From contig OZ037770.1 of NCBI GenBank assembly GCA_964035545.1, forward strand, positions 4,186,662 to 4,250,661: a stretch of DNA of 64,000 nucleotides, given 5' to 3'. The DNA comes from Bugula neritina. Taxonomy: Eukaryota > Animalia > Bryozoa. Under the pieces are notes generated by a model, which saw only the letters and a program-made list of their open reading frames with translations, was not told the DNA's origin and did no database searches. A program made the translations under genes and the position numbers. Below, piece by piece: positions 13,901 to 25,500 of the stretch; within the stretch, counting starts at the first letter, position 1; every line of letters begins with the position of its first letter.

Positions 13901-14859
13901 ATTTCACTTTTGCAAAGTCCTTGAAATCTCTTGTCATACTACCATTTAAAACAAAAATAATTTGATTCAAAAAATTGATGTCAATTTAAATTAAAAATTT
14001 GATTTCAGTTTGAATTAAAAATTTGATTTCAGTTTGAATCAAAACCTTGACTTTGAATTAAATTAAAACTTTCACATATAAGCATTGAGCTATAAGTTAC
14101 ACCAGATGTAGAAACTGGTATGCCTCAGTTTAAAGAGAATGTCATAGATAGAAACTGGGTCCCTTGTTATACTCAAGTTACCTCTAAACTTGTCAGCTTT
14201 GAGCACTGGACCAACTATTCAATGTAGACATTTGCTAATATTCAAAGTGCGATGAAAGTTTTGTAAAATATTCTTTAATGTAGTATATTGGTGTTATGCA
14301 TAGGCCTTTCTTAAGTAAACATTGATGTCACCAGTTTATGCTGTGATGTCACTAGTTTAGGCTGTGTTGTCTCCAATTTCTGTAGTATTTATATAATCAA
14401 CTTATGCATTGCTTTCACTATAGAATAGAATAATCAAATAAAGTAGTCATGTCAACAGTTTGCACAGTTGACATTAGTTTATATTATGGTGTCACTAGTT
14501 TATGTTGTGATGTCACTAGTTTATGTTGCGATGTCACTAGTCTATGTGGTTATGTCACTAGTGTATGTTGTGATGTCACTAGTTTATGTTGTGATGTCAC
14601 TAGTTTATGTGGTGATGTCACTAGTGTATATATAATGAAGTCACTTGTGTTGCAGTGTTTCTCCAAAGTAAAGAGTCTAGAACCTAGTAACATCCAGGGC
14701 CAACACAACCTCTGTGTAGTCTATGTGGAGAAGGGAGAGCTGGACCTAGCCGAATCCTGTCTTGCTGCCATCATGGCTGCCGCCCCCACTGAGCATTACG
14801 TTCAGCAGCACCTTGCCATTGTCAGACAGCGTCTGGCAGATAAACTAAGACCTACATAG
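4939..14859 (+). CDS. TMTC3: Protein O-mannosyltransferase TMTC3 (multi-TM N-terminal region plus TPR repeats), ~832 aa once the exon-2 frameshift is corrected
   Basis: Coding exons 4939-5127, 5609-5747, 6214-6401, 7069-7184, 8006-8181, 9247-9499, 9641-9792, 10095-10220, 10290-10391, 10476-10600, 10699-10844, 11325-11525, 11846-12040, 12316-12504, 14656-14859; all introns GT-AG with matching phases. Motifs [80 protein letters not shown], and TMTC3-type VQPDDIG.H.NVGRT and [16 protein letters not shown] at 15455. Confidence 0.93.
5753..6236 (+). repeat. 38-bp minisatellite x13 filling TMTC3 intron 2 and overlapping the start of exon 3
   Basis: Unit ctcagGCTATGTAAAGATATACTCAAgtattgtatact at 5753, 5791 ... 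6209. Confidence 0.95.
6448..6655. mobile_element. Tc1/mariner-pogo-type MITE with TA target duplication
   Basis: TIR cagtgttccctccatatctc / gagatatggagggaacactg, flanked by TA at 6446 and 6656; related copy at 11058-11233. Confidence 0.85.
7228..7553. mobile_element. Decayed hAT-like MITE
   Basis: Ends resemble hAT termini (gctggccaac...tggcccc at left, aaggttggacaaccct at right) with repeated tgtggccc motifs; no clear TSD. Confidence 0.45.
8197..8683. mobile_element. Foldback element interrupted by a nested MITE
   Basis: Arms tataagcagctcc...tgcagtagtt / aactactgcac...gagctgcctata match the uninterrupted palindromic copy at 12697-12857. Confidence 0.75.
8280..8619. mobile_element. PIF/Harbinger-like MITE nested in the foldback element
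   Basis: Imperfect TIR aggcctggcctcacacttgtgagaatca / tgattctcacgagtgcatggcaaggcct; TAA on both sides (8277-8279, 8620-8622). Confidence 0.75.
8947..9107. repeat. Perfect 75-bp inverted repeat with 11-nt spacer
   Basis: 8947-9021 is the exact reverse complement of 9033-9107. Confidence 0.95.
9805..9930. repeat. Imperfect (GT)n microsatellite in a TMTC3 intron
   Basis: Seen directly. Confidence 0.85.
11058..11233. mobile_element. Tc1/mariner-pogo-type MITE, same family as 6448-6655, inverted orientation
   Basis: TA-cagtgcaccctcca...tggaggaagcactg-TA; internal segment is the reverse complement of the 6448 copy. Confidence 0.8.
12697..12857. mobile_element. Palindromic (foldback) MITE
   Basis: aactgaatggttcaataagcagctccgagttgggggtcactgagtgcagtagtt pairs with aactactgcactcagtgacccccaactcagagctgcttatagaaccattcagtt. 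Confidence 0.85.
14488..14626. repeat. 21-bp minisatellite (~6.5 copies) just upstream of the last TMTC3 exon
   Basis: Unit gtgatgtcactagtttatgtt; degenerate copies also at ~14323-14365. Confidence 0.9.
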
Positions 14860-16722
14860 ATATTTATTAGTCTATAGAGTAGTTTATATGTGGAATGTTA
14901 TTATACTACTCTGTAAATCTACACTCAGTCACTTATCAGGAGCATTAATCATGAATCTCATTAATTCTAGAATTTTTTTGCAAAAACCTATTCTATGCTG
15001 TTTGCTAGTGCTGAGCTGGTATCGTGGATGTCTTAGCATTCTTCTTTAGTTCTGAGCTTATGGTGTTCACTAAATACCAGAAAAAGCTCTGTGTATTTTG
15101 AGGTTAAGTGGTGTAGTGCTGAAAACAGCAATTACCTAAAATGTCAAGGACTTGTAACAGTCCCAGAACGAAAGTTGTTACCAAATACTGTTACTAGTGC
15201 AGCCCTACTATCTGTTTCACTGATTGCACAGCTCTAAAGACATTAAGTTACGGATTAGCTTAGCTTACTTCTATATTATGTATACTTAATAACTGTTGAG
15301 AATTGAACTAATAGTATTAGAAGAGCATATATTATAAAACTAGTTTTTGTACATTTTAGTTTATTGTTGAATTTCTACTTTACTATTATTTTGCTAAGCA
15401 GGGTATCATTCTAACTACTTGAATTATGATCTGTACATTCCTACTCTGTGATGAAATAAAATATTATATTTTGTAAATTGACATGTGATCAGTTTTCACA
15501 TCCAATGCATGATCTGAATCCACCTTTGATTCATTATCACTGAAGAGGTCAATTTTTGTGAATAAGTGCCTCTAATAACTCCAAACCAGGTGTTTATGGC
15601 TTGTGACTTGAAATTTGCTCAATTTGGACTCTGACATGACTTGTAACTACTTGATGGTAACCCATCCTAATAAATTTCACAGCATAATAAATTACAGTAT
15701 AATTTAACACACCTGTAATATAGCACAGGCTTTTTTCAGTGCATTGAACTATAAATACCATTAAAACTTAATTCTATATACATACCATCTATATTTTAGA
15801 CTCAGTCTTATATTATATAAACTAGTTGTTGAGACTTTACATAAGCTGGTAAAGCTTTTCCCTAATGCATTATAGCTTTTCACATATTATCTCAGCTATG
15901 CCAGCTGTTTCCACATTCATTATAGCTACTACACAATAGCTAACTTTTTTTACTAGTATAAAAACCCAGCATTTTTCACTTATCCACATTCTGGTCTCAC
16001 ACTTGCAACTTATAACTTATGATATAACCTTCTTCACATTGCTATTTTCTTTCATCATGTGATAATAAATATTTCTATACACTTAAAACACAACACTAGT
16101 TAGACTCAGTGCTATATACACACTTTAGACTGAGTATCATATGCTAGTTAGACTATTTGCTATGCTATTTTACAAAAAGTGGTGGTGCTAACCCCCCCCC
16201 CCATATTAGGACTGTGGGCTGTAAGGATACCAGTCTATATTCTATTAATATGATTCAAGTGCACTTAGTTTACAGCTTCTGTCTGGAATTAGTAGTTTGG
16301 AGTGGCTCATACATAATGGACCCTGACCTCTGAGAACTAAGGCTAATCTTATTAGTTACCTGCATGAAGAATCCAGTCTCTTTATTACTCTATAGTACTC
16401 TACCTGCAGTCTACTCTATTTGTGGAGTTTATTGTGTGATTATATGAAGCCCCTTCCTGAATTCCCTTTATCCACTCCTTTATACTTCTACTCACCACTT
16501 TTACTAATTACATAATTGTTTAATCTATACTAAAGTTGAAATCCTATTGTATGTTTCTTAAGTTTTCATATGTGAGGGATTTGAAAGAAACTTATTTTGT
16601 TTCTGTAACAAAAGTTTCTCATGTAACAGTGTAACTGTGGTACTACTATATGTATATAATACTTAGATCTAGCTGTGGTGCAGTTACATCCTAAACAAGT
16701 TATAACTTGCATATTATATAAT

Positions 16723-17487
16723 CACTGCGTTTCCATGAAGGCGAATGAATGCGTACGAGTGCCCGTACGGATTGCATCGAAGGAAAAACCACACGTTTCT
16801 ATGCAATCCGTACGAAGTTATCTTCTCTTTGCAACTGTGACTGCTGAACTAAAATGATAATTAATATGGCCAACTTTGAGTTTGAGTTCATGCACAACGG
16901 CAATTTTTTAATTCTGTCCCCACTTTTGATAGATTAAATCAATCAAATACACAAACTTTGAGTCAGTTTATTTAAAATAAAAAAGCATAAACCAATGAAA
17001 GCATAAAGTATTTCTCGATCGATAAACTTAAGCCCAAAAGTAATTTAAATTTCCAAAATGAAAATAGCTGTCAACTTATTTTTAGCTTGGAAAAGCTTTG
17101 GCTTACGGAAAATTTTTATAAATTTAAGATGATTAGTAACTATTCTAAATAATAGCAGCTATGATAAATAAAATGATTTAAAATTTTTAAAAGCCGAAGT
17201 TCACTTTAGCGTAGGTTGTAACTTATAATTATTGTTTACATCGCGTAACTATGTAACTAGCCGCCACAAATGCTGATCTCTGCCTCCGGCACAAAAGGTT
17301 TCATTCGATTTAACCGAAGGAACCATTTCCATTATGCGCATAATGCGAAGGAAAATTTTCATCGAAGGAGCCGTTCGGTGTAATTTCCGGCTGCGGTTTT
17401 GCTTCGATGCAACTGTTTCCATAGGGCGAATGAGAAAATCCATTCGCATAATGCGATAATGGAAACGCAGTGAATGGAAACGCAGTG
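16723..17487. mobile_element. Non-autonomous DNA transposon with CACTG termini and 3-bp TSD (CMC/CACTA- or Harbinger-like)
   Basis: TIR cactgcgtttccat / atggaaacgcagtg; AAT flanks both ends; right terminus tandemly duplicated (ends at 17472 and 17487). Confidence 0.75.
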
Positions 17488-18074
17488 AATATGTGTTTAA
17501 TATTTAAACATGAAATAAATTGTTCCTTGTTCAACAAGTTTTATCTGGCTTCGCTCAATTTTCCCAGATATTGAGTATAAAAGGCACATCATGAATAACT
17601 TATATTACAGTCATTATTTATATAATATACAATGTGACAATTCATATGCTCCCTCACTCCACCCTTCTGAGTGAGCTTGAATATCACTTTATCTACTTGC
17701 GTGGCATTAAATTAACTATACTAATACACCATGACTCAACTGAATAGTATTTTATATAGTTAATAGGACTCGCAATGCTATATATAACATATCACGTGAA
17801 ATAATATAATATATTCAACGTTATAATATATATTTTAATATACACGCAATATACGACATATCTACACTGTTTGATATACATATATGCAATAATATGTTAT
17901 TGTATTCTTTATATTTTAATATATATTATAGTGCATCATATAGCATTGTGTTTTAACACACACTGTTACACAATGTAGCTTGTAAAATAAATCGTATAAT
18001 ATGTTATATATACTTTATATTAACATAGGTTTTTGGAATATTACCTATTTTTAAATAAAATACTTTTTTCCACC

Positions 18075-18262
18075 TTAAAGGTTTGCAGGCAGGCTAAGGA
18101 TAATGCCCTTCCCAATGCTATTTAAGGTTTCAGGGCTAATATATGTAGGACAGTGGTAGTAATGACCTGATGCTCTTCATAACATCACCTCTGGTACAGC
18201 TGGAGTTCGAACCTGTGACAATTAGGTCATGCTAGGCCAGTGCTCTGACCGCTGGACCATAT
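18075..18262 (-). mobile_element. tRNA-derived SINE
   Basis: Minus strand reads TGGTCCAGCGGTCAGAGCACTGGCCTAG...GGTTCGAACTCCAGC (Pol III A and B boxes) with no intact acceptor stem; 3' extent approximate. Confidence 0.6.
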
Positions 18263-19334
18263 ATACTAGCTAGTACTAACCATCTGGCTATACCATGGCA
18301 TTATATAATAATAGCATTAATTTAGCAAAATAATGCTAATTTTAGTTTTATTTAACGGCTGTAACAGTTTACAATGTAGACCAGAGGCTTGAGGCATGGC
18401 ACTGGGGCTAATTTACTTTCTGAATGCCACAGAGATTAAAATTACACGGCCTTCTTGGTTCTAGCTGACAGGAATGTGATTGTATGAAGTATAGACCAAA
18501 ATGAGCTTGAAACTGCAGTAAATACAACAATACACACACAATATGTATACAATAAGAGTAGTCACAGGTATTTTAAATATTTTCAAAATGCTGTAGTTTT
18601 CATTCTGCTGTAACAGAGTCCATGCAGCTCAAGCTAATATTACTGTGAGTTGAACTTCAAATCAAAACATTCTTTAGATAAGCAGTAAATCGTGAATTTT
18701 AGCTGTAATAAATCATAGTATATGATGTAAACAGTATATTTGTGAGTACATTTATAGATAATGGAATATGATTCCCACCCCCATTGATTCAGTTAGCCAT
18801 TAAGTAAACAAGTCGATAGACAAACTCATTCATCATTACTGACCGCAAACACTACACTAATCACGCGCACGTGACGCGAAATCATTCAGCCACGCCCCTA
18901 CATTTCTCCGCCGGCTTATTTTACTATAGTTCCGGTAACGGTCTCTTCCATGCACTAAGTGTATTGTAAGCTAGATTTTATTGCAAGCTGCCACAGAAGT
19001 GTGGTTTGAGCCCCACCACAACGACTAGCCTTTCTAATTTCTGCACTGTTCCGTGCTGGATCAGACAATGTATAATATAAAACTGTACATTTAGTGCAAT
19101 GAACTCAGTTGCTATAAATAAAGCTCATTTTAAACTGGATTACTAGCTACTAGCTTAGAGTCTTTAGACATCATGATGACTTACTAGTAAGAAATTATAG
19201 AATACCCAGTAGAATTATTGCTGTTGAATAAAGAAATTGTGTTAAACTCAATATACAACTTATTACTGAGTTAAACCGATAATTTTATACTATTTATAGC
19301 TCCAATGCTTTTACAATGCCTCCCTGCATTTAAA

Positions 19335-19420
19335 CCAGATTGGCGCAGTATAATTGGTTATTGGACGCATGCGAGGATGTGATTGGGTAGTTAAGTTGAA
19401 CGTCCGCCGCCTATACGGGG
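19335..19420 (+). promoter_or_regulatory. Putative promoter of the MS4A-like gene with clustered reverse CCAAT boxes
   Basis: Four ATTGG motifs within ~50 bp (19339-19387), locally CpG-rich, ~160 bp upstream of the ATG. Confidence 0.4.
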
Positions 19421-19548
19421 ATTTGCTATTATCATAATAGACTCATTGTTCTGCTAAAACAGGTTTTTCAGTCAGTAAATAGAAGCCTGTGTAGCTTGTA
19501 AGGTAACTTGAGTTCTTCCCATTTTTCTTATAAATCAACATAGTCGCC

Positions 19549-22500
19549 ATGTCTCGTCCCTACGGTGGTGCCGCTGGAACTCACATGTTCTTTGGTCTCC
19601 TTTCCATAGCAGCAGGAATAAGTTGGATTTGCATCCTGTACTTCTACCAACCACTTTTTGTCGATGGAAAATCCATTCTCTCAGGATACAGCGAATGGGT
19701 TTCAGTGGTGATGTCCGCAAAAATTATCTGCGGATTTTGGGTAAGTATGAAAAACATTGACAATAAAATAAACCTTTATTTTGTTATTAAAATAAGATCA
19801 CAAAGGGTTATGTAGCAGTATTACTATCAGTATGAACTAAATTGTGTTTATAACTTTAAATTGAAATTTTCTTGGGAGGTGCGATTGGGTTTGTTGGGAT
19901 TGCAATCATTATCACTATCGGAATGATCACGATGAGTGAGTGAATGTAGTGCATTTTGTGACTTACTTCAAATACTGTAATTTATTTTTTTAATTTTAGT
20001 TCCTTGTACTTGTAGTGAAACTAAAAGCAATGGAGTTATTTGTATTAATTTTTTTTTAAATATATATCAGGGTTGGGGTAATTGTAATTTGTAATTGTAA
20101 TTGGCTGTAATTAATTACATTTTTTCAAGTAATTGAATGTAATTTGTAATTGAGGTTTAAAAATGTAATTGTAATTGTAATTGTAATTAATTACATATCT
20201 AATGTAATTGATTTTTACAATTACTTTATAATTACATGTCAATTACTTCAAACTTTTAAATCTTAAAAAACTCCTTCTTTTTCTACAATGCCTACTGTTA
20301 AATAACAAGTTCAGATAGTTAGGTCAATATAGCATAGGGTCATTCCATGCCAGCTCACCGAATTGCCCGCGTCTATTTGCGTCTCAGATTTTGTTCATGT
20401 TTACACCAAATAGACCTACACATGCCTCAAGTACTCTTCTTCAGTATTTTGACCTGACACAAATTTTTTTTGAGAACTGACTACTTTTGTAGACAAAGGT
20501 TGAGAAACATTTTGAGGAAAATTTGTGATTTCTACTTTTAGACTAATCTATAAACGTCTATATCTCAATCATTTTTCTAGACTGAGCCTTAAAATTTGCT
20601 GTGTGATTTGAAAATATCTATCAATTTGCACTAGTAGCAATACATACTACAGAATACTTTGTGTGCATATATGCAAAGTCATTGAATATGAACAAAACTT
20701 TGTAAATTTTGAAAAATTTCAAATACTCGCCTAATCAAATTTTAAATTACTTATAAATTGGTCTAAAAGTATAAATCACAAATTTTTCTCAAAATATTTT
20801 CCAACCTTTGTTTACCAAAGTAGTAATTTCTCAAAATGTTTTTGTGTCAGGCCAGAAATATTCACGAATGATAATCTCAACATGTGTAGGTCCATTCAGT
20901 GTAAATATGAGCAAAATCTGAAACACAAAGACGTGGGACCTCTTGAAAGTTGGTTGATTTGGTATGGAATGACCCTATAGTATCACTGTAGAAAATAAAA
21001 GAGGTTCACCACTGTCAACACTGCCCCTGGTAGTTAGACCCTAGAAGTGACTTCTATTTATTTCTTGTGAGAACAAAAGTAATTGTAATTGTAATTAATT
21101 ACATTGCCATGTAATTGTAATTGTAATTAATTACATTTATTTTTAACTGTAATTATAATTGTAATTGTAATTGACAAATCTTCATGTAATTGTAATTGTA
21201 ATTAATTACATTCACATGTAATTGACCCCAACCCTGATATATATACATTTGGCTGTAGCCAATAGCCATAGCTGATAGCAGACGTTTTTACATCAATTTG
21301 CCCACTTTTATAGAGTTATAGTTTTTCCAGCTTGTGATTTAGTTAATAGGTTTCTAATTCAGACTGTTACCGTGACTATCTAATTACTTCACTCATCTTA
21401 CTGAGCTTTAAAAACATTTTTCAGTCACATGTTTATCTTGACATTGGCTAGCCTTCTTTTATCTGCTAAATAGAGTGGGTGGTCATGCTGTATGCACGCA
21501 GTAACAGGTCTTCTTGCTGTTAGGATTTCAGACTAAAATGTCATTGTTTCTCCATCCACTTGTAGTTGGTGTGGCACATTTGTCTAGTTTTAATCTTTCA
21601 GCTATTTGTTTAATAAATTTCTATGAATAAAAGGGACCCTACTTTTGGCTTAAATTTTTCTCTTTATAGGATGAAACCTGATTAATTGATGGACACATTT
21701 TTGACTTTTGGATTCAGAGCAATCATTTCTATAGTCAATACTGGTGTGACTCAGAAAGTTTTTGCACTCAGTGATACTGTGGTAGTTAGACTAATGATAT
21801 AATGTGTATCGGCCATTTGTAATAAGTTTCAAAGATTATTACCAGAAAACAAAATAAGATTTTACTCATTTGTTCTCTGAACGTATATTTCAGATTCACT
21901 CCGATATCACCTAAACAGAACGGCAGTAGCGTAGGACCTAAACAGAATGGTAGTAGTGTAGGACCTAAACAGAACGGTAGTAGCGTAGGACCTAAATAGA
22001 GTTGTAGTAGGTATACATGCTGTATGCCTGTTGATCTTGTCCCATAACATTCCACTGGTTGTTATTCTATACAGGCAATTCATAATAGCGTGCTTTGTCC
22101 AATCATTTCTTATAGTTATTCATCTTAGATTGATTCACTCTACTACCAGCGTAATAGTTATAAAGCCATCACGTGCACCTGATCAAGTCACTGGCTTCAC
22201 AAGAATATGTAATTATAATAGTTTATGGCCTTGGTTCCCTAAATGCTATACAGTTTTAACTACGTTTGTCTGTCAAGGGTTACCTTATTACACCAGTAGG
22301 ATTCATGGCTAATAGTGATGTATTATTATGTTACGCCAGAAATGGGGAAAAGTAGAAGGGAAAGTTTTTGATTTACAAATCATTGTGAAACTTGACATGA
22401 TTTTCTTAAAAAAGTACATTATTTCCCCTTAATGAACATGTACTTGGTTGCCCATTAAGTTTTCCTTATCTAAGCTTGTGAAATGATTTGAATCATGTAA

Positions 22501-25500
22501 GTAAATTGTAATTCACGCCTTCTATATCCGTAGTCAATAAGACTTGCTGAATTTTTTTCATTGTGACCTAGATATTTGTGGAACAAACAGAGTTATCAAA
22601 TCAATGATTACATCATTTGCCCCTCTTTTACTTGTGGCTAGTGACAGCTTAGGCCACAAAGCTGGAATGGAGAAATAATGTATTTTCAACACAGTATTGT
22701 TATTAGTATTAGAACTAGGGATAGCTTTGAATATAATCACAACAAGATGAAGATGTTTGATTCCAAGTGTTGAATTATAATTAAACCTGAACAATATTGT
22801 TACTACATTACTGACAGTGTTATTGTCAGTCATTATAAATTCTTCAACAGTATGCATTAGTTGGTTGCTCAAGCCTTGTTAGTCAAAGTGTGTACTATGT
22901 GAAACCCAAAGTTGATTGGCAATGATCACTGACACGGCTGGCAAGGTGAGTGCAGGTGTCACCATGGAAGGTGCCAAACACTGAAGTCTTGGCCATCAAT
23001 CGCAGTCTTAGTTACACGTATCCAGGGTAAAATAGGTCATACATTACAAGTCGAGCTTTAATTTGAAATATTCTAATAAGTCAGTTAGTATTGATACTCA
23101 ATAGCTAGAGTCTAATTTCTCAACTTCAAGACTAGTAGTGTTTGTAGACTTCAAATAGAGAGCTGAGCTGGTTTACTGGGAGATGAGGCATTGTTTTAAA
23201 ACCACAAATATCCAGTGTTTATCTTCACAGTTGAATATGATGCTTCATAGACTGTATAGTCAGTCATCTCAGCCTAGTCTGGGAGTAGCAGTGTAGGCTA
23301 GAGGGTCTAGTGTGCCCTCCCCTAACCACAACTCTGCCGTAGACTGAGATCTAGTAATTCTCCAGGCTACCCACATCTTGCACTGACTCAGATCATATGG
23401 TGATGCCAAGGCATGACTAGGCAGTCAACGCTGCTACTTTGAGTTATTCACTTTCCTTAGCAAACTATTTTTATTTCTCTTCTCCAGTTTTACAAATCTT
23501 CAAGTTTCGCTGAGATAACTCAATGTGTTGGTGTTTACCTCAAAAATATGGGGAAAAAAATGTTCAAATTATTTCAACTCTTGCCTGAAATATTTTAAGA
23601 TCGCCACAATTACAAGTTGTTTGCTGTATGTTGTCATAGTGACAGGCTGTTGTGACTAGGAATGCTTTAGGAATACAGGTTTGCTTTCAATTTGTGATGA
23701 TTTCAAGCCTTTCTACTGAAGGTCAACTACCTTGAAAGGTGTCTTATTCTGATAGACATACTAGGGGAGTGTGACCTCATCTGTTGAGGTTTCCATTAGC
23801 CTTAGGTTAGAGATTACAGCTACTAATGGTACTGTTACTAAAGCTAATTTTGGCCTGAGACTTTTGTAAAAGTGGAGAAATATTGGCACTCTGCCAAGCA
23901 TGGAACATGTAGTGGTAATATTCATTTGCTTTCAACTCTTCTGAACTTCTGAAGAATGTGATTAATTAGTTACTTGTAGGCAAACATCCTGTTGGCATGG
24001 CTATTCCTCCTAGCTAGGTAGTACTTGCTACTATAGTGACTAGACAGGGTCTGTCCCAGTTGTCTTCAATAGTGAAACGTTACAAGTTATGGTGGCTTTT
24101 AACAATAACCATAAATTAGCTAAAATAGGTACTCTTTCTACTACTAGGAGCACAGCATTCTGCTATAGTAAAAGGAAAGGCCACAATAAATGTGACATAA
24201 ACTGGTACCAATGTATAAAGTAAATTAACTATCCACTTTTTTAAATTAGCAATTCTTACGCAACCAGCTGAATGCTCTATTACCATAAAAACTGAGCTAT
24301 TCACTGCCTTTATACTATACTCCATAGCTTTGGTTTTATTGCAACCTGACAAATTTCTCACCTTAGAAAGGATATTTGTCAGCCTGTTATATATATTAGC
24401 TTGAGTTTGCTAGGTGCTTCACTTTACTTCAAGTTATAACGGTAATTGTATCAAAACCTTTCTCCTTATTGACGATAAGAAGGCTGTACCTCCACAGGAA
24501 GTGACGTCATCAAGTTGAAAATGTGCCAGACAGTCCAGGAATATGTTTTGCTAAAGCTGCTATTGTCTAGCACTTCTTAGACCAACACCTTGAATCTTCA
24601 CAGATTCCTAGTTCATAGTACTCAGTGTTGGTGCTGCCAATGCTGACAGTAGGCCGCTAGCCCCTTCCAGTTGTGGCGAATAGTAAAACCATTTTATTCT
24701 CTACATGCTGTTCAATTCAGGACATTTATATTAAATAAACCTGCAGTTTTTCCATAAAACTGTTGAAATTTTGAAAAAATGGCTGACGGGCGAATTGTCC
24801 ACTAGAAGCAGTGTATTTACGTCGTCATGCACGTTCTGTTCCTGTTAAACTCTCTGCTTCTCATATTAAGCCAATGAGTAAGTTACAGCAAAATTCTTCG
24901 CTGTCAAAAAATGTACAATTCAATTGTGTTCTTCTATTTCCCAGGACAGAGTTTTTCAACTAACTTTAAATACCCATTTGTTAGCTTTTCATTGGTCTCT
25001 CAAATACAGTTTTCAACTTGTTTGTGGTATTTGAATTAGCATGAGTTAAAAAAACAGACATAGAGTCTTGTCAATAGTGTGCAAAGTTTGCAACTGTAAG
25101 AGGAATACAAAATCAATATAGCATTCAGTTACTGTTATAATGCCCTATTACACAACTAATACACAACTAGTACACTGCGTGCTTCAACATTTGCTAACAT
25201 TCATTTAGTCCCTGCACTTACATGCAGACATTTTCATCAAAGACTGGCTGATTTAATTAATTTTTTATAATTATATTTACTGGTACAATGCTTATTAGCA
25301 TTGCAAGTGGCTGTGCAGTCAGTTATTAATATTTACTAGTTTTATGTATTTTGGAAATTAAAAATAATATGTTCATATCTCTATTGATAGTTAAACTCAG
25401 AAGGACAAAATAGTTTAAACTTGATTGATGAGACTCAATTTGACTTGAATTGACTTTCTAACCAAAGTCATAAACTATTCCAAGCAATATTTCAACTCAA

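Noticed and set aside
14449-14655. Cys-rich CCDVTSL repeat as part of TMTC3
   Set aside because: Intronic 21-bp minisatellite upstream of the acceptor at 14655
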